Assembly: GCA_963777885.1 (NCBI GenBank)
Contig: CAVZSJ010000005.1
Coordinates: 118,713-182,712 of the forward strand
DNA: 64,000 nucleotides
From: an uncultured Actinomycetota bacterium
GTDB taxonomy: Bacteria; Actinomycetota; Actinomycetes; Mycobacteriales; Mycobacteriaceae
Direction of reading: 5' to 3'
Shown here: positions 20,131 to 33,290 of the stretch, one piece after another
Layout of the letters: each line of letters begins with the position of its first letter
Numbering within the stretch: the stretch's first letter is position 1
Program-made: the position numbers and the translations under genes
Notes under the pieces: generated by a model
Told to the model about the DNA's origin: nothing
Seen by the model: the letters and a program-made list of their open reading frames with translations, nothing else
Database searches by the model: none

Positions 20131-21925
20131 ATGAGTGAGTACGACTCCGAGGCCGTCGACCGGCTGCCTTTTTCGACTCCGGAAAAGTCCCAGCGCTACC
20201 ACACCGACAATTACCGTGGGGCCGTCGGCCTGAATTGGTATCTCACCGATCCGACGCTGCAGTCCACGATGGCGTACTACTACGGTCCCGACGAGTTGGC
20301 TGTTGTCGAGCCCGAACTGAGCCGGATTGGTGCGCTGATGGGCGGTCCGGTGGCGCACTGGGCCGACGAAACCGACCGCAACCCGCCGCGCCTGGAGCGC
20401 TACGACCGGTGGGGCCATGACGTCAGCCGGGTCGTTATGCCGGCGTCGTTCACCGAGTCAAAGCGCGCGGTGCTGGATGCGCAGCAATCCCTGCGCACCC
20501 GGGCGCGGGCCGCCAAGGTGAGCTCGTCACTGGCGATGTTCGCCTCTAACTATCTGCTGAACCAGGCCGACATCGGGATGGGCTGCGCGCTCGGCACCGG
20601 CGGCGGCATGGTGCAGTCGCTGGTCGCCGCCTACGCGCCCGCCGACGTCAAAGAACATGTCCTGGGCAAGTTCGAGTCCGGCGAATGGGCGGGCGAGACG
20701 GCGCAGCTGCTGACCGAACGCACCGGTGGCTCCGATCTGGGCGCGCTCGAGACGACGGCGACCCGCGCCGGAGATGCGTGGCTGCTCAATGGATTCAAAT
20801 GGTTCGCGTCCAACTGTGCCGGCGAGGCGTTCGTCGTGCTGGCCAAACCCGAGGGCGCTCCGGACTCCTCCCGCGGCGTCGCGAACTTCCTGGTGCTGCG
20901 GACCCGCCGTGACGGTTCGCGCAACGGGGTGCGGGTCCGGCGGCTGAAGGACAAACTCGGCACCCGCTCGGTGGCCTCCGGCGAGGTCGAGTTCGTCGAC
21001 GCCGAAGCGTTTCTGCTGTCCGGGGAAGCGTCCGGGGACGCGGGCCCGTCCGACGGCAAAGGGTCTGGGCCGGATGATGGAGCTGACCAACGCAGCGCGG
21101 CTGGGTATCGCATTGTTCGGGCTGGCCAATGCGCGCCGCGCCCTGGTCGAGGCGCTGTGCTACGCCCGCCAGCGCCAGGCGTTCGGCGGGGCTTTGATCG
21201 ACAAGCCGCTGATGCGGCGCAAGCTGGCGGAGATGATCGTCGACGTCGAAGCCGCGCTTGCGCTGGTGTTCGACGGCACCGGGGCAACCAACCACCGCCA
21301 GCCGAGCGGCATGCGCCAGCGCATCGCGGTGCCGGTCACCAAGCTCAAGGTATGCCGGCTGGGGATTACCGCGGCATCCGACGCCATCGAGATCCACGGT
21401 GGCAACGGCTACGTCGAAACATGGCCGGTGGCAAGGATTTTGCGCGACGCGCAGGTGAACACCATCTGGGAGGGCCCCGACAACATCCTGTGCCTCGACG
21501 TGCGGCGCGGCATCGAACAGACGCGCGCGCACGAGACCCTGTTGACCCGCATGCGCGATGCCGTATCGGTTTCCGATGATGACGAGACCACCCGCCTGGT
21601 GGCCGGCCGCATCGAGGACCTCGACGCCGCGATCACCGCGTGGATGAAATTGGACCGCTTGAATAGGGACGTGGCCGAGGCACGGCTGTTCCCGCTGGCC
21701 CAATTCATGGGCGATGTCTATGCCGCCGCGTTGCTCACCGAGCAGGCCGCCTGGGAGCGGGAGACCGGCGGCTCCGAGCGCAAAGCGCTCGTCGCCCGGT
21801 TGTACGCGTTGCGGCATCTCGCCGATCGTGGACCACTGCGCGGCATCGATGCCGACTCCGACGAGGCGGTGGAGCGGTTCGACGAACTCGTCGGGGGTGC
21901 GCTGATCAGTGGCGAGCAGACATAA
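20131..21925 (+). pseudogene. fadE35: Acyl-CoA dehydrogenase FadE35 (AidB-like) with a +1 frameshift near 21058-21063
   Basis: N-half (LTERTGGSDLG, LNGFKWFASN, LKDKLGTRSVASGEVEF) and C-half (MMELTNAARLG, IHGGNGYVE, TIWEGPDN) lie in different frames; the join is GGC AAA GGG TCT instead of G-K-G-L-G-R. Confidence 0.8.
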
Positions 21926-21971
21926 AAGCACGCGACACGCCGAAGAATTACGTGCTTTTGCGTCTGCTCGC
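21912..21971. repeat. Mycobacterial REP-like stem-loop between convergent genes
   Basis: GCGAGCAGAC..AAAAGCACG / CGTGCTTTT..GTCTGCTCGC arms. Confidence 0.7.
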
Positions 21972-21979
21972 GGTGCTAA

Positions 21980-22909
21980 CTAGGCCGTCAGCAGTTCGGC
22001 GGTGGCCTCCCACAGTCGTGCTTCACGACACGGGTCGCTGGCGAACGGTTTCACCTCGCGCTCTTGGGTTTTGACGACGAACGCCCCGGCTCGCAGATGC
22101 GCCCAGCGGTCGTCCAGGGCGATCGAGGCCAGCGCCGGTCCGGACTTGGCCGGCGACGACACCCCGGGAATCCGGGCCATCGCGCGCCCCACCCGTTGAA
22201 TGCCCGGGCTCTGGCCCCTCCCCAGGCCGGTGCCTGGCATGAACCCCGGCTCGTATACCGCCACATTGATGCCGGCGGGTGCTCGGCGTTGCAATTCGTG
22301 CGCGTAATAGACCAGCGCGAGTTTGGAATTCGAGTAGGCGAGCCAGGCTTGCTTGGATGTCGCCGGGACGCCGGGCGCGGCGGGCCGGGCAAGCTCGAGC
22401 GGATCGGCCCATTGCGCCGGCGGAATTCCCAGTATCCGGCGAAACATGTTCTGGTAGTACGTGTTCGAACCGAGCAGCACAATGCGTGCGGGCGTGACGA
22501 ACGAGCCGAGCAGGTCGCCGATGAGCTGCGCGTGCGCCAGGTAGTTCACGGCGAAGGTCAGCTCGTACCCGTCGGCGGAGGCGGTGCGGGTGTCGGTGCT
22601 CGAGAGGCCGGCGTTGGCCACCAATCCCCGCAGTGGGCGTGCCGCGCCGGCGTCCAGTAGATGTTTGACCCGCTGCCCGGCCTCTCGGACCTCGGCCAGC
22701 CGGGCAAGGTCGCAGCCGATCTCGTGAACGGTCGCGCCTGCCGCACGGGCGGCGTCGGCCACGTCAGTGAGCGCCCGGCCGGCGCGGCCGACCAGGAGGA
22801 GATCAGGACGTTCGGGTGCGCGGCGATGGGCGATGGCCAGCGTCGCGGCCTTGCCCAGTCCGCCGGTCGGCCCGGTGATCAGCACGGTGCCAGATGAGAT
22901 CGAAGTCAT
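21980..22909 (-). CDS. Short-chain dehydrogenase/reductase
   Basis: VLITGPTGGLG, NAG, FAVNYL, YSNSK catalytic YxxxK. Confidence 0.88.
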   Translation of the reverse strand: MTSISSGTVLITGPTGGLGKAATLAIAHRRAPERPDLLLVGRAGRALTDVADAARAAGATVHEIGCDLARLAEVREAGQRVKHLLDAGAARPLRGLVANAGLSSTDTRTASADGYELTFAVNYLAHAQLIGDLLGSFVTPARIVLLGSNTYYQNMFRRILGIPPAQWADPLELARPAAPGVPATSKQAWLAYSNSKLALVYYAHELQRRAPAGINVAVYEPGFMPGTGLGRGQSPGIQRVGRAMARIPGVSSPAKSGPALASIALDDRWAHLRAGAFVVKTQEREVKPFASDPCREARLWEATAELLTA

Positions 22910-23008
22910 CCTTCGAGTCTCAGGGTTGCCCGAAGGCTGAGGAAGTCGTCCGCCTTTCGTAGGACTGCCAATACCAGGACAAGCCCTTTCCAGGGTTCGA
23001 GGTACTGA

Positions 23009-24562
23009 CTAAATCGGCAGCAACGAATGCTTGCGGCCCACCCGCCACCACAGCTGCTTGTCGCGCAGCAGATGCAGCGACTTGCGCAGCAGCAGCCGGG
23101 TTTGGTGCGGGTCGACGACCGCGTCGATGAAGCCACGCTCGGCGGCGGTCCACGGAATGGCCATGTTCAGGTTGTAGCCCTCGATGAAGTCCTTCTTGAT
23201 GGCCTGCGCCTCGGGCGTGGTCGGATCAGGGAACCGCTTCATCAGCAGCTGCGCGGCACCCTCGGCGCCGATCACCGCGATGCGCGCGGTCGGCCACGCA
23301 AAGTTGAAGTCGGCCGTCAGCTGCCGCGAGCCCATCACCGCGTACGCGCCACCGTAGGACTTCCGAATCGTGATCGTCACCTTGGGCACGTCGGCTTCCA
23401 CCACTGCGGACAGGAACCGGCCGCCGCGCTTGATGATGCCGTTCTTCTCCTGCTCGGCACCCGGCAAGAACCCGGGTGTGTCGACGACGAAAACCAGAGG
23501 GATTTCGAACATGTCGCAGAACCGGATGAAACGGGTTGCCTTGTCGGAGGCCTCGTTGTCGATCGACCCGGACAGGTGCATGGGCTGGTTGGCGATCACA
23601 CCGACCGGATGGCCGTCGACCCGCGCGAAACCGGTGATGATCGCCTGACCGCCCTGGGCCGCGACATCGAGGAAGTCGCCGTCGTCGAAGATCCGCAGCA
23701 GGATCTCGTGCATGTCGTAGGCCATGTTGTCCGAGTCCGGCACGATCGAGTCCAGTTCCAGGTCGGTCGGCGTGATCTCCGGCTCCAGCCCGGGATTGAC
23801 GATCGGCGGACTGTCAAAGACGTTGGACGGCAGGAACGATAGGAAGTCACGGACGTACTGGAACGCCTCGGCCTCGGAGTCGACGACCTGATGAATGTTG
23901 CCGTAGCGGGCCTGGGCGTCGGCGCCACCGAGCTCGTCGAGGGTGACCTCTTCGCCGGTGACTTCCTGGATCACGTCAGGGCCGGTGACAAAGAAATAGC
24001 CTTGGTCGCGCACCGCAACGAGAAGATCATCCTGGATCGGCGAATAGACCGCTCCCCCAGCGCATTTGCCGAAGATGAGGGAGATCTGCGGCACGATCCC
24101 AGATAACAACTCGTGGCGGCGGCCCAGCTCGGCGTACCACGCCAGCGAGGTGACCGCGTCCTGGATCCGGGCGCCGCCCGAGTCCTGGATGCCGATGATC
24201 GGGCAACCGACCATCGCGCACCACTCCATCAGCCGCGCCACCTTGCGGCCGAACATCTCGCCGACCGTGCCCTGAAACACGGTCTGGTCGTGGGAGAAAA
24301 CCCCGACCGGCCGGCCGTCGATCATGGCGTGCCCGGTGACGACTCCGTCGCCGTACAACGCGTTGGGATCGCCTGGGGTACGGGCCAGCGCACCGGTCTC
24401 CAGAAAGGTGCCGGGATCGACCAGCGCGTGGACGCGGGCGCGGGCACTCGGGATGCCCTTCTTCTCGCGCTTGGCGACGGCCGCCTCACCGCCGGGCTCT
24501 TTGGCTAACTCCAGCTTTTGGCGCAGTTCAGCCAGCAGCTCGGCGGTGGTCTTAGTGCTCAA
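23009..24562 (-). CDS. accD4: Acyl-CoA carboxylase beta subunit AccD4
   Basis: [34 protein letters not shown]; downstream of pks13. Confidence 0.95.
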   Translation of the reverse strand: MSTKTTAELLAELRQKLELAKEPGGEAAVAKREKKGIPSARARVHALVDPGTFLETGALARTPGDPNALYGDGVVTGHAMIDGRPVGVFSHDQTVFQGTVGEMFGRKVARLMEWCAMVGCPIIGIQDSGGARIQDAVTSLAWYAELGRRHELLSGIVPQISLIFGKCAGGAVYSPIQDDLLVAVRDQGYFFVTGPDVIQEVTGEEVTLDELGGADAQARYGNIHQVVDSEAEAFQYVRDFLSFLPSNVFDSPPIVNPGLEPEITPTDLELDSIVPDSDNMAYDMHEILLRIFDDGDFLDVAAQGGQAIITGFARVDGHPVGVIANQPMHLSGSIDNEASDKATRFIRFCDMFEIPLVFVVDTPGFLPGAEQEKNGIIKRGGRFLSAVVEADVPKVTITIRKSYGGAYAVMGSRQLTADFNFAWPTARIAVIGAEGAAQLLMKRFPDPTTPEAQAIKKDFIEGYNLNMAIPWTAAERGFIDAVVDPHQTRLLLRKSLHLLRDKQLWWRVGRKHSLLPI

Positions 24563-27500
24563 TTGCGGGCCCTCTGTTCAGCCTCGATCGTGTGCTCGAT
24601 CTGGTCCAGTGCGCGGCTCATGTGTTCGCCCACCTTGGCGATGATCGGCTCGTCGATGGCCTGAATGTGCTCGCCACCGATCGGCACGACCTCGAGGTCG
24701 GCAACATACTCACCCCAGCCGCCGTCCGGCTTACGAACGGCGTACCGCGGTTCGAACATGATCGCGTCGTCATGGTAGCGATCGGCCATGTAGAGCGTGA
24801 CGTGCCCGTCGTATGGCTGGATCTGGGCGGTGTCGATGGCCCGGTTGTCCAGGTACGACGTGCGCTGGTGCTCGATGATCCCGGCCGGGATCTGCACCCC
24901 GCTCTGGCTCACGGCGTCCATCACGAACCGGATCTGGCCCTCATCGTCCAGCTCCTCGAGCTGCTCGTAGGGAATCGCCGGGATGGTGACGTTGAACGTC
25001 CTCTCGGCGAACCGGGCGTAGCGGTCCCAGCGCTTGCGGACCTCGTCCTTGGTCTGCGGGACCTCCTCGCTGGCGCGCACCGCGTCGATCAGCCCCACCC
25101 ACTCGACGTCCTTGCCCAGCTGCCTGAGCCCGATCGCGCACGCGTAGGCCAGCACACCGCCCAGCGACCAGCCCGCCAGAATGTAGGGCCCGTCGCCCTG
25201 CATCTCGATCAGCTTCGGAACGTATTGCGCCGCACGTTCTTCGATCGACCCTTCGACCCGCTCGAATCCGTACATCGGGGTGTCCGCGGGCAACCGGTTG
25301 AGCAGCGGCTCGTACACCACCGTCGAGCCGCCGGCCGGATGGAACACGAACACCGGCGGTTTCGAACTGCCTTCCGGTCGCGCCCGCAGCGTGCGCACGA
25401 AGCCGTCGATCTGCCCGGCCTCCAGATAGACCCGCACCTTCTCGGCGAGCGCCTCGATGTTCTCCGACGTCAGCACGTCCTCGGCGGTGATTGGTCCCTC
25501 GGCGCGCTCGGAGAGCCGCTGCGCCATCTTCTCGGCGGCGCCACCGTCCAGCGTGGGCAGCGGGTTGAAGATGCCGCCCGGGGACTTGCCGGTGATGATG
25601 GCCCACGTGGCGAAGGCGACCCGCTCGGCGGCGTCACGCGGCGGAATGTCGGAGTTGAGCGCCTTGGCGACCGCCTCCTGGTTGAGCGCTTCGGCCGCTC
25701 CCTTCAGATTCGGCTGGCCGCCATTAACGGCGGGGCCGGACGGGCCGGAGGGATCCGTCGGCGGCGGTGGAATCGGCGTATCGGAGGCAGGCGGCGGGGG
25801 CGTTTCCGGGGTTTCCGGTTCCGGTTCCGGCTCCGCCTGGGGGTCCGGCGCCGGCGCTGTCACGCTGGAAGGCGTTGCACCACTGAGTAATTCGGCCTGC
25901 GCACGAGCGATGTCCTCGGCGGTCTGGGTCTTCTGGTGCTCGTGCAGCTGCTCGACCTCGTCGCGGTGCTCGATCGCGTACTCGATCAGCTTCTCGACGG
26001 CGTAGAGGTTCGCGTCACGCACTGCCGTCAACTGAATGGGCGGCAGGTCGAAGTCGTACTCGACGCGGTTCTTGATTCGCACCGCCATCAGCGAGTCCAG
26101 ACCCAGCTCGATCAGCGGCACCTCCCACGGCAGGTCCTCGGGCTCGTAGCCCATTGCCGCCGCGACGATGGTGCCCAGCCGCTCGGCGATGGTCTCGCCG
26201 GATTCCGCTGACCACTTGGTGAAGCCAGCCGGCATATAACGGGTGGTCAGGCTGTCGTCGAGCGTCTCGGCGCTGGGATCCTCGCCCGCAGTGATCGCGG
26301 CCGTCCTGGGATCGCCGCCTACGGGCGCGGCGGGCGCCACGACGGTGGCCTCGCCAGTAATGGCCGTGCCCGCACCGACCGCCGTCGGCAGCACCGAAGC
26401 AACGCCGCCGCGGCTGACCAGCGCGTCATATACCAGCGTGAAGGACTCGTCGACGCGCGCGTGCACCTGGACCGACGCGCCGCCGGGGTGGCGAGTCAGG
26501 CTCGTGACCAGTCGGGCACCGTACGCGGGCACCGCCCGCTGCTCGGAGGCGCTCAGTTGCGCATCTGGAATGACCTGGCTCGCTGCGAGCTTCACCAGGT
26601 CGGCCAGATCCGTCGTGGTGCGGGGAGCGTACTCCCAGACGTGGCGGCCGTCCGGCAGCGCGACGTGCGAACCCGGCGGCAGGATCGAGGCGTCGCCGAG
26701 GAAGTTCACATTCAGCCAGTGCTCTTTGCGCTTGAACCGGGTCGGCGGGATGTTCGCAAAGTCTTCCGGTCCGGCGGGCCGCTCGACGGGGCGGAACAGC
26801 GTTCGGGGGTCCAGGTGGTGGCCATACACGTAGAGCTGCGCCAGCGTCGAGATGATCGACTCGACCTCGTCCTGCTTGCGGGCCAGCGTCGGGATCAGCT
26901 GGGCGTCGTGCAGCCCGGCGTCCGCCGTCGTCAGGCCCACCTGCATCAGCGCCACCGGGTTGGGGGCCAGCTCCACGAAGGTGGTGTGGCCGCTGTCGAC
27001 GGCGTTGCGGATGCCGTGGGTGAAGTAGACGCTGTGCCGCAGGCCCTTCTTCCAGTACTCGACGTCGTGGATCGGGTCGCTGCCGGGCTTGACGTAGCTG
27101 CCCTCGTGCACCGTCGAGTAGATCCCCGCGGTCGGGCGCATCGGTTTGATGCCCTGCAGCTCCGCCGTGAGCTCGCCGAGCAGCGGGTCCATCTGCTGGG
27201 TGTGGCTGGCGCCCTTGGTCTGGAACTTGCGGGCGAACTTTCCCTCGGCCTCACAGCGGGCAATGATCGCATCGACCTGTTCGGGCGGCCCGCCGATGAC
27301 GGTCTGGGTCGGCGCGGCGTAGACGCACACCTCCAGGTCGGGGTAGTCGGAGAACACCGTCTTGATCTCGTCGGCGGAGTACTCCACCAGCGCCATCAGC
27401 CGGATGTACTCACCGAAGAGCATCGCCTCGCCCTCGCCCATCAGGTGCGAGCGCGAGCAGATCGTCCGGGTGGCGTCGTGCAGCGACAGGCCGCCGGCGA

Positions 27501-29943
27501 AGTACGCCGACGCTGCCTCGCCCAGCGACTGGCCGACGACCGCGGCGGGCTTGGCGCCGTGATGCTTGAGCAGCTCACCCAGCGCGATCTGGATCGCGAA
27601 GATGGTGACCTGGGTGGTCTCGATGCCGTAGTCCTGCGAGTCGTCGAGGACCAGCTCGAGCACCGAATAGCCCAGCTCGTCCTGGACCAGCGCGTCCACC
27701 TTTTCGATCCACTCGGCGAACACCGGGTTGCGCAGGTAGAGGCTCTTGCCCATCTTGCGGTGTTGCGCGCCGAATCCGGCCAGCACCCACACCGGGCCGT
27801 TGGTGACGGGCCCGTCGACGCTGAACACGTTGGGCCGCTGTTTGCCCTCGGCAACCGCACGCAGACCCTTGACGGCCTCCTCGTGGTTGTGCGCCAGCAC
27901 CACCGCGCGCGAACGGCCGTGGTTGCGCCTCGACAGCGACCGGCCGATCGACTCCAGCGACGACGCCTGGCCTTCTGGGCTTTCCATCCAGTCCGCCAGC
28001 TCCGCAGCGGCCGTCTTCTTGCGTGACGTCAGGAACGCCGACACGACGAGCGGGACCAGAGGATCCGAGAGTTCTTCCGCCGCAAGCTCTTCCAGCGCAA
28101 CTTCCTTAAGCCGCAGCGCCTCGTCGGTGACGCCCGGCAGCTCGTACTCCGGCTCCTCGGCCGCCCCCCCGGATTGTGCGGCCCCGTCACCGATGATCTC
28201 GCCGTACTCGTCGAAACGCAGCGCGTGGCCCTCGAAGGAGGGGGTGTCAGACGGGGCCGCTACGGGCACCTTGAGCTCGGGCTCCGCATCCCGTTCGATC
28301 ACGTCGCGCGGCAGGACCTCGCGCACGACCATGTGCGCGTTGGCGCCGCCGAAGCCGAAGCTGGACACGCCGGCCAGCGCGTAGCCGCCGTAGCGGGGCC
28401 AGTCGGTCGCGGTGTCGATGACCTTCAGGCGCATTGCGTCGAAGTCGATGTACGGGCTGGGTCCAGCGAAGTTGATGGACGGCGGCAGCTTGTTGTGCTG
28501 CAGCGAGAGCACCACCTTGGCCATGGCGGCCACACCTGCGGCCGATTCCATGTGCCCCACATTGGTTTTCACCGCACCCAGCAGGGCAGGCCGGTCCGCG
28601 GGACGCCCGCGGCCGACGACGCGGCCCAGCGCCTCGGCCTCGATCGGGTCGCCGAGGACGGTGCCGGTGCCGTGCGCCTCGATGTAGTCGACGGTGCGCG
28701 GATCGATGCCCGCGTCTTTGTACGCGCGGCGTAGCACCTCGGCCTGCGCGTCCTGGTTGGGCGCGATCAGGCCGTTGGACCGGCCGTCGTGGTTGATCGC
28801 ACTGCCGGCGATGACGGCCAGGATCTGATCGCCGTCGCGGCGGGCGTCGTCGACCCGCTTGAGCACCAGCATGCCGCCGCCCTCGGAGCGGGTGTAGCCG
28901 TCGGCGTCGGAGGAGAACGACTTGATTCGGCCGTCCGGGGCGAGCACCGCACCGATCTCGTCGAAACCGAGCGTGACCGCGGGGGTGATGAGCGCGTTGA
29001 CGCCGCCCGCGACCGCCACGTCGCATTCGCCGTTGCGCAGCGCCTGCACGGCCTGGTGGGCCGCCACCAGCGAGCTTGAGCACGCGGTGTCGACCGCGAG
29101 CGACGGGCCGCGGAAGTCATAGAAGTAGGACACCCGGTTGGCGATGATCGAGGTGGCGTTGCCGGTGATGGCGTACGGGTGCGCGACGGTCGGGTCGGAT
29201 ATCGCCATGAAGCCGTAGTCGTTGCTCGAGACGCCGACGTACACGCCGACGGCCGCACCGCGCAGGCTCGACGCCGGGATGCGAGCGTGTTCGAGCGCCT
29301 CCCAGGTCAGCTCGAGCGCCATCCGCTGCTGCGGGTCGATGTTGTCGGCCTCGGTCTTGGCCACCGCGAAGAACTCGGAGTCGAAACCCTTGATGTCCTT
29401 CAGGTAGCCGCCCCGGGTGCGCGCCTGATTGATCCGTTCGGCCAGCCGGGGCTCTTCGAGGAACTCCGACCAGCGGCCCTCAGGCAGGTCGGTGATGGCA
29501 TCGCGGCCTTCGAGCAGCGCCTGCCAGGTTTCGTCGGGGCTGTTCATGTCGCCGGGCAGCCGGGTGGACAGGCCCACGACCGCGATGTCGACGCGCTCGG
29601 CGGGGCCGGTGCGCGTCCAATCCAAAGCGTCTGAATCGTCGTCGTCGCGTTCGGGTTCGCCCTCGACGATCCGGGTCGCCAGCGATTCGATGGTCGGGTG
29701 TTGGAAGGCCACCGCGACCGACAGCGTGACGCCGGTCAGGTCTTCGATGTCGGCGGCCATGGCCACGGCGTCCCGCGACGCCAGGCCCAGCTCCACCATC
29801 GGAACCGACTCGTCGATGTCGTCGGGTGACTTCCCGACGGCCTTGCCCACCCAGTTGCGCAGCCACTGGCGCATCTCGGGGACCGTTATGCCGGTCTGGT
29901 CGGGGTTGCCCTGGGGCTCCTCTATGTCTGCTGAATCTGTCAT
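24559..29943 (-). CDS. pks13: Mycolic acid condensase Pks13 (ACP-KS-AT-ACP-TE)
   Basis: [34 protein letters not shown]; 1794 aa; between fadD32 and accD4. Confidence 0.97.
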   Translation of the reverse strand: MTDSADIEEPQGNPDQTGITVPEMRQWLRNWVGKAVGKSPDDIDESVPMVELGLASRDAVAMAADIEDLTGVTLSVAVAFQHPTIESLATRIVEGEPERDDDDSDALDWTRTGPAERVDIAVVGLSTRLPGDMNSPDETWQALLEGRDAITDLPEGRWSEFLEEPRLAERINQARTRGGYLKDIKGFDSEFFAVAKTEADNIDPQQRMALELTWEALEHARIPASSLRGAAVGVYVGVSSNDYGFMAISDPTVAHPYAITGNATSIIANRVSYFYDFRGPSLAVDTACSSSLVAAHQAVQALRNGECDVAVAGGVNALITPAVTLGFDEIGAVLAPDGRIKSFSSDADGYTRSEGGGMLVLKRVDDARRDGDQILAVIAGSAINHDGRSNGLIAPNQDAQAEVLRRAYKDAGIDPRTVDYIEAHGTGTVLGDPIEAEALGRVVGRGRPADRPALLGAVKTNVGHMESAAGVAAMAKVVLSLQHNKLPPSINFAGPSPYIDFDAMRLKVIDTATDWPRYGGYALAGVSSFGFGGANAHMVVREVLPRDVIERDAEPELKVPVAAPSDTPSFEGHALRFDEYGEIIGDGAAQSGGAAEEPEYELPGVTDEALRLKEVALEELAAEELSDPLVPLVVSAFLTSRKKTAAAELADWMESPEGQASSLESIGRSLSRRNHGRSRAVVLAHNHEEAVKGLRAVAEGKQRPNVFSVDGPVTNGPVWVLAGFGAQHRKMGKSLYLRNPVFAEWIEKVDALVQDELGYSVLELVLDDSQDYGIETTQVTIFAIQIALGELLKHHGAKPAAVVGQSLGEAASAYFAGGLSLHDATRTICSRSHLMGEGEAMLFGEYIRLMALVEYSADEIKTVFSDYPDLEVCVYAAPTQTVIGGPPEQVDAIIARCEAEGKFARKFQTKGASHTQQMDPLLGELTAELQGIKPMRPTAGIYSTVHEGSYVKPGSDPIHDVEYWKKGLRHSVYFTHGIRNAVDSGHTTFVELAPNPVALMQVGLTTADAGLHDAQLIPTLARKQDEVESIISTLAQLYVYGHHLDPRTLFRPVERPAGPEDFANIPPTRFKRKEHWLNVNFLGDASILPPGSHVALPDGRHVWEYAPRTTTDLADLVKLAASQVIPDAQLSASEQRAVPAYGARLVTSLTRHPGGASVQVHARVDESFTLVYDALVSRGGVASVLPTAVGAGTAITGEATVVAPAAPVGGDPRTAAITAGEDPSAETLDDSLTTRYMPAGFTKWSAESGETIAERLGTIVAAAMGYEPEDLPWEVPLIELGLDSLMAVRIKNRVEYDFDLPPIQLTAVRDANLYAVEKLIEYAIEHRDEVEQLHEHQKTQTAEDIARAQAELLSGATPSSVTAPAPDPQAEPEPEPETPETPPPPASDTPIPPPPTDPSGPSGPAVNGGQPNLKGAAEALNQEAVAKALNSDIPPRDAAERVAFATWAIITGKSPGGIFNPLPTLDGGAAEKMAQRLSERAEGPITAEDVLTSENIEALAEKVRVYLEAGQIDGFVRTLRARPEGSSKPPVFVFHPAGGSTVVYEPLLNRLPADTPMYGFERVEGSIEERAAQYVPKLIEMQGDGPYILAGWSLGGVLAYACAIGLRQLGKDVEWVGLIDAVRASEEVPQTKDEVRKRWDRYARFAERTFNVTIPAIPYEQLEELDDEGQIRFVMDAVSQSGVQIPAGIIEHQRTSYLDNRAIDTAQIQPYDGHVTLYMADRYHDDAIMFEPRYAVRKPDGGWGEYVADLEVVPIGGEHIQAIDEPIIAKVGEHMSRALDQIEHTIEAEQRARN

Positions 29944-29955
29944 GTTTATCGAGTC

Positions 29956-31842
29956 CTATTCGGTGGCGAACACCGTCGGTGAAGCGATGCCGCTGCGCAG
30001 GCTGCCGTCCAGGTAGGCGGCACGGCAGGCGCGGCGGCCGATCTTGCCGCTGGAGGTACGGGGAATACTGCCGGCCTGAACCAGCAGCACGTCGCGCACA
30101 GTCACACCGTGCCCGACGGCGATGGCCGCCCGGATGTCGTCAGCGATGGGCTGGTAGTCCATCTTGTGCGCACCGGCGGCCCGCTCGCCGACGATGACCA
30201 GCTGCTCTGAGGTGTCCTCGGGATCGAGTTTCAGCCCGGCGTGCGAGTCGTCGAACACGTTCTGGGGCAGCTGATTGGCCGGCACCGAGAAGGCGGCTAC
30301 GTAGCCGACCCGTAGCGCCTTGGTGGATTCCTGCGCCGTGTACTCCAGGTCCTGCGGATAGTGGTTGCGGCCGTCGACGATGACGAGGTCCTTGATCCGG
30401 CCCGCTATATAGAGGTGCCCCTTGTGATAGGTGCCGTAGTCGCCGGTGCGCACCCACAGGCCGTCGTCGGGGGCGCCGTCGGCGTGCGATTCGCCGATCC
30501 GCGACTTGAGGATGTTGCGGAAGACCTCGGTGGTCTCTTCTTCCTTGCCCCAGTACCCGAGGCCCAGGTTGTTGCCGTGCAGCCAGATCTCGCCGATTTG
30601 CCCGTCCGGCAGCTCGCTGGCCGCTTCTATGTCGACGATGACCGCCCATTCGTCGACGCCGACCTTGCCGGCGGAGACCTGAGCGACGGCGGTCGGCGCG
30701 TCGGCGGCGACCTCGACGAAGTGCCCCTTGTTGAGCTGGTCGCGGTCCACGTGGATGATGGTCGGCTTCTCGTCCTTCGGAGTGGTGGAGACGAACAGCG
30801 TCGCCTCGGCCAGCCCGTAGGACGGCTTGATCGCCGTCTCTGGCAAGCCATACGGCGCAAACGCTTCGTAGAACTTGCGCATGGACGCCGGGCTCACCGG
30901 TTCGCTCCCGTTGAGAATGCCCTTGACGTTGCTCAGATCCAGGGGCGGCTCGTCGTCACGGGGCAGGCCACGCAGCGCGGCGTGTTCGAACGCGAAGTTC
31001 GGCGCGGCTGAGAAGACGCCGCCCGTCTCGCCGGGCTTGCGCGCGAGCTCGCGGATCCACCGCCCGGGCCGGCGCACGAATGCGGCGGGTGTCATGAAGG
31101 TGAAGCTCTGCCCGAGCACCGACGACAGCAGGCAGGTGATCAGGCCCATGTCGTGGAAGAACGGCAGCCACATGCAGCCGCGGTCGCCTTCGGTGCCCTC
31201 GAGCGCGTTGAGCACCTGCAGCACGTTGGTGGGCAGGTTCAGATGACTGATCTGCACGCCGGTCGGGGCGCGGGTCGAGCCGGAGGTGTACTGCAGGTAG
31301 GCGGTGCTGTCCTGGCCGGCATCCGGCACTTGCCAGGTGGCGGCGACCTCGGTCGGCACCGCATCGACAGCGATCACGCGGGGCCGCTGCTTGGCAGAGC
31401 GGGCGCGGATGAACTTGCGTACACCTTCCGCGGACTCGGTGGTAGTCAGGATCGTCGACGGGGCGCAGTCGTCGAGCACGGCGTGCAACCGGCCCACGTG
31501 ACCCGGCTCGGCGGGGTCGAACAGCGGCACCGCGGTCCGGCCGGAGTACAGCGCCCCGAAGAAGGAAACGAGGTAGTCCAGGTTCTGCGGGCACAGGATG
31601 GCGATGCGATCTCCAGGTTGGGTCACCTGCTGCAGGCGCGCCCCGACGGCGCGGTTGCGGGCGCTGAACTCGGACCACAGAATGTCGCGTTCGATGCCGT
31701 CCCGTTCGGTGGAGAAGTCCAGGAAGCGGTAGGCCAGCTTGTCCCCACGGACCTTCGCCCACTTTTCGACGTGTTTGACCAGGTTGGTGTTTTCCGGGAA
31801 CCGGATCTTTCCATTGACGATGAACGGGTTGTGGTAGGCCAT
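29956..31842 (-). CDS. fadD32: Fatty acyl-AMP ligase FadD32
   Basis: [13 protein letters not shown] start, [29 protein letters not shown]. Confidence 0.96.
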   Translation of the reverse strand: MAYHNPFIVNGKIRFPENTNLVKHVEKWAKVRGDKLAYRFLDFSTERDGIERDILWSEFSARNRAVGARLQQVTQPGDRIAILCPQNLDYLVSFFGALYSGRTAVPLFDPAEPGHVGRLHAVLDDCAPSTILTTTESAEGVRKFIRARSAKQRPRVIAVDAVPTEVAATWQVPDAGQDSTAYLQYTSGSTRAPTGVQISHLNLPTNVLQVLNALEGTEGDRGCMWLPFFHDMGLITCLLSSVLGQSFTFMTPAAFVRRPGRWIRELARKPGETGGVFSAAPNFAFEHAALRGLPRDDEPPLDLSNVKGILNGSEPVSPASMRKFYEAFAPYGLPETAIKPSYGLAEATLFVSTTPKDEKPTIIHVDRDQLNKGHFVEVAADAPTAVAQVSAGKVGVDEWAVIVDIEAASELPDGQIGEIWLHGNNLGLGYWGKEEETTEVFRNILKSRIGESHADGAPDDGLWVRTGDYGTYHKGHLYIAGRIKDLVIVDGRNHYPQDLEYTAQESTKALRVGYVAAFSVPANQLPQNVFDDSHAGLKLDPEDTSEQLVIVGERAAGAHKMDYQPIADDIRAAIAVGHGVTVRDVLLVQAGSIPRTSSGKIGRRACRAAYLDGSLRSGIASPTVFATE

Positions 31843-32122
31843 TCCGCCCTCTCCTGTTACAACACGACTTGCAAACGACTCGGTACTACTCGAACGATGT
31901 GGCCGGCTTGGCCGACGATTGTCTTCGGTTGGCTCGGCCGCCGGCGATTACCTGCCCCGCGCGCTGAGCCGCGACCCGCACGGGTCAACACACACTACTC
32001 TGATCACTCTTACTTTTCTCTTAATGTTAAGGCGCGGCGCACGGCAGACCAAATCACAAGGTACCGCCGATGTGGTCACGATCGGCGCACGGGAAGCTGT
32101 GTCCTGCCGCCATCGGGCGGCG

Positions 32123-33160
32123 TCATCCGTGTTTGGGATGCGGCGCGCCATCGATGAGCCCGTGCGCCCAGTTCAGCGTCCAATCGGACGCGGGCGCCCC
32201 GTCGAGATTCCAGAACTGGGTAGTGGCGTACATCGCATGGATCGGCTGGCCCCCGTTACCGGCCAGCGTGCTCAGCGTGTTGGACAGGTTGGCGACGTTG
32301 AACGCCTCGGCCGGTGCGGCGCAGATCAGGTCGCCCGGGGCGCAGATCTCGTTGGTCTTGCCCTCCAGCGCGCCGAAGCCACCCGGCCGCGGCCCGGTCA
32401 TGGTCAAGCCCATCCCGGACAGGATCGGCACCTCGTGCAGGGTGATCTCGGCACCCTCACCCGGCGGGTCGGGGCCGATCTCCTTGCCCACGCCGTCCTC
32501 ACGACGGCCGTCGGCGATCAGCGTCACGCCGAGCACCAGGTCATCGTCGACGGGTCCGCGGCCATTGCCGATATCGCTGGCGATGTCACCGATGATCACC
32601 GCGCCCTGCGAGAAGCCCATCAGCACGTAGCTGGTCAATGGGCACTTGCTGTTCATGTCGGTCAGCTCTTGGACCGTCGCGCGGGTGCCTTCCGCGCGGC
32701 TGTCGTTGTAGTTCATCTGATTGTCGGCGGCGAGGGGATTGCGGAACTGCGCCGTGTAGGGAGTCGTGTACGTCTGCAGGCGTGGGGATCCGAACTGCTG
32801 GCCGAGCGTCGCCGTGGCGTTGTGCAGCAACGCATTCGGGAATTGCATCGGATTCAGCGGGCTGTCTTGCAGGGACGATTCCCAGGTGCCGGGAACGTCG
32901 ACCAGCAGCACGTCCGGGCAGGACGCGTCCTGGGAGGCGGGCCGGGGCTTGTGTGGATGTCCGGAGCCAGACGTCGGGGGAACGGCCCCGGGCGGCACCG
33001 CGCTGGGCGCAGTCTCGGGGCTGCGCAGCATGACGACCACGGCGAAGATGACAAGTCCCACGACAACCGCCATCGCGCCTGCCGCGACCCATGCCAGGGC
33101 TCGGTGGCGTTGACGACGCGCGGCGGTGGGCTTTTTGGTCGACTTGGCCTTCTTGGCCAT
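32123..33160 (-). CDS. Cutinase-like lipase/thioesterase (Rv3802c/Culp6 ortholog)
   Basis: N-terminal [27 protein letters not shown]; synteny. Confidence 0.93.
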   Translation of the reverse strand: MAKKAKSTKKPTAARRQRHRALAWVAAGAMAVVVGLVIFAVVVMLRSPETAPSAVPPGAVPPTSGSGHPHKPRPASQDASCPDVLLVDVPGTWESSLQDSPLNPMQFPNALLHNATATLGQQFGSPRLQTYTTPYTAQFRNPLAADNQMNYNDSRAEGTRATVQELTDMNSKCPLTSYVLMGFSQGAVIIGDIASDIGNGRGPVDDDLVLGVTLIADGRREDGVGKEIGPDPPGEGAEITLHEVPILSGMGLTMTGPRPGGFGALEGKTNEICAPGDLICAAPAEAFNVANLSNTLSTLAGNGGQPIHAMYATTQFWNLDGAPASDWTLNWAHGLIDGAPHPKHG

Positions 33161-33290
33161 ACGTGTGCGCTCTCCTGCTAGCAGATAGCAGCCAAGCGGC
33201 CGTCCCGCCCGCGCTGCACTCGACTACACGGTACCGGCTCAAGGTATGGGCCCCGCCGGCTCGCGCGCGCCTCAATAGCGGGCTCTGCGA

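Noticed and set aside
21055..21066. Programmed -1 frameshift at AAAGGGT in fadE35
   Set aside because: The heptamer is not in the required phase and restoring the frame needs a +1 shift.
20131..21579. 482-aa ORF as a complete protein
   Set aside because: Everything after about 21063 is out-of-frame read-through of frameshifted fadE35.
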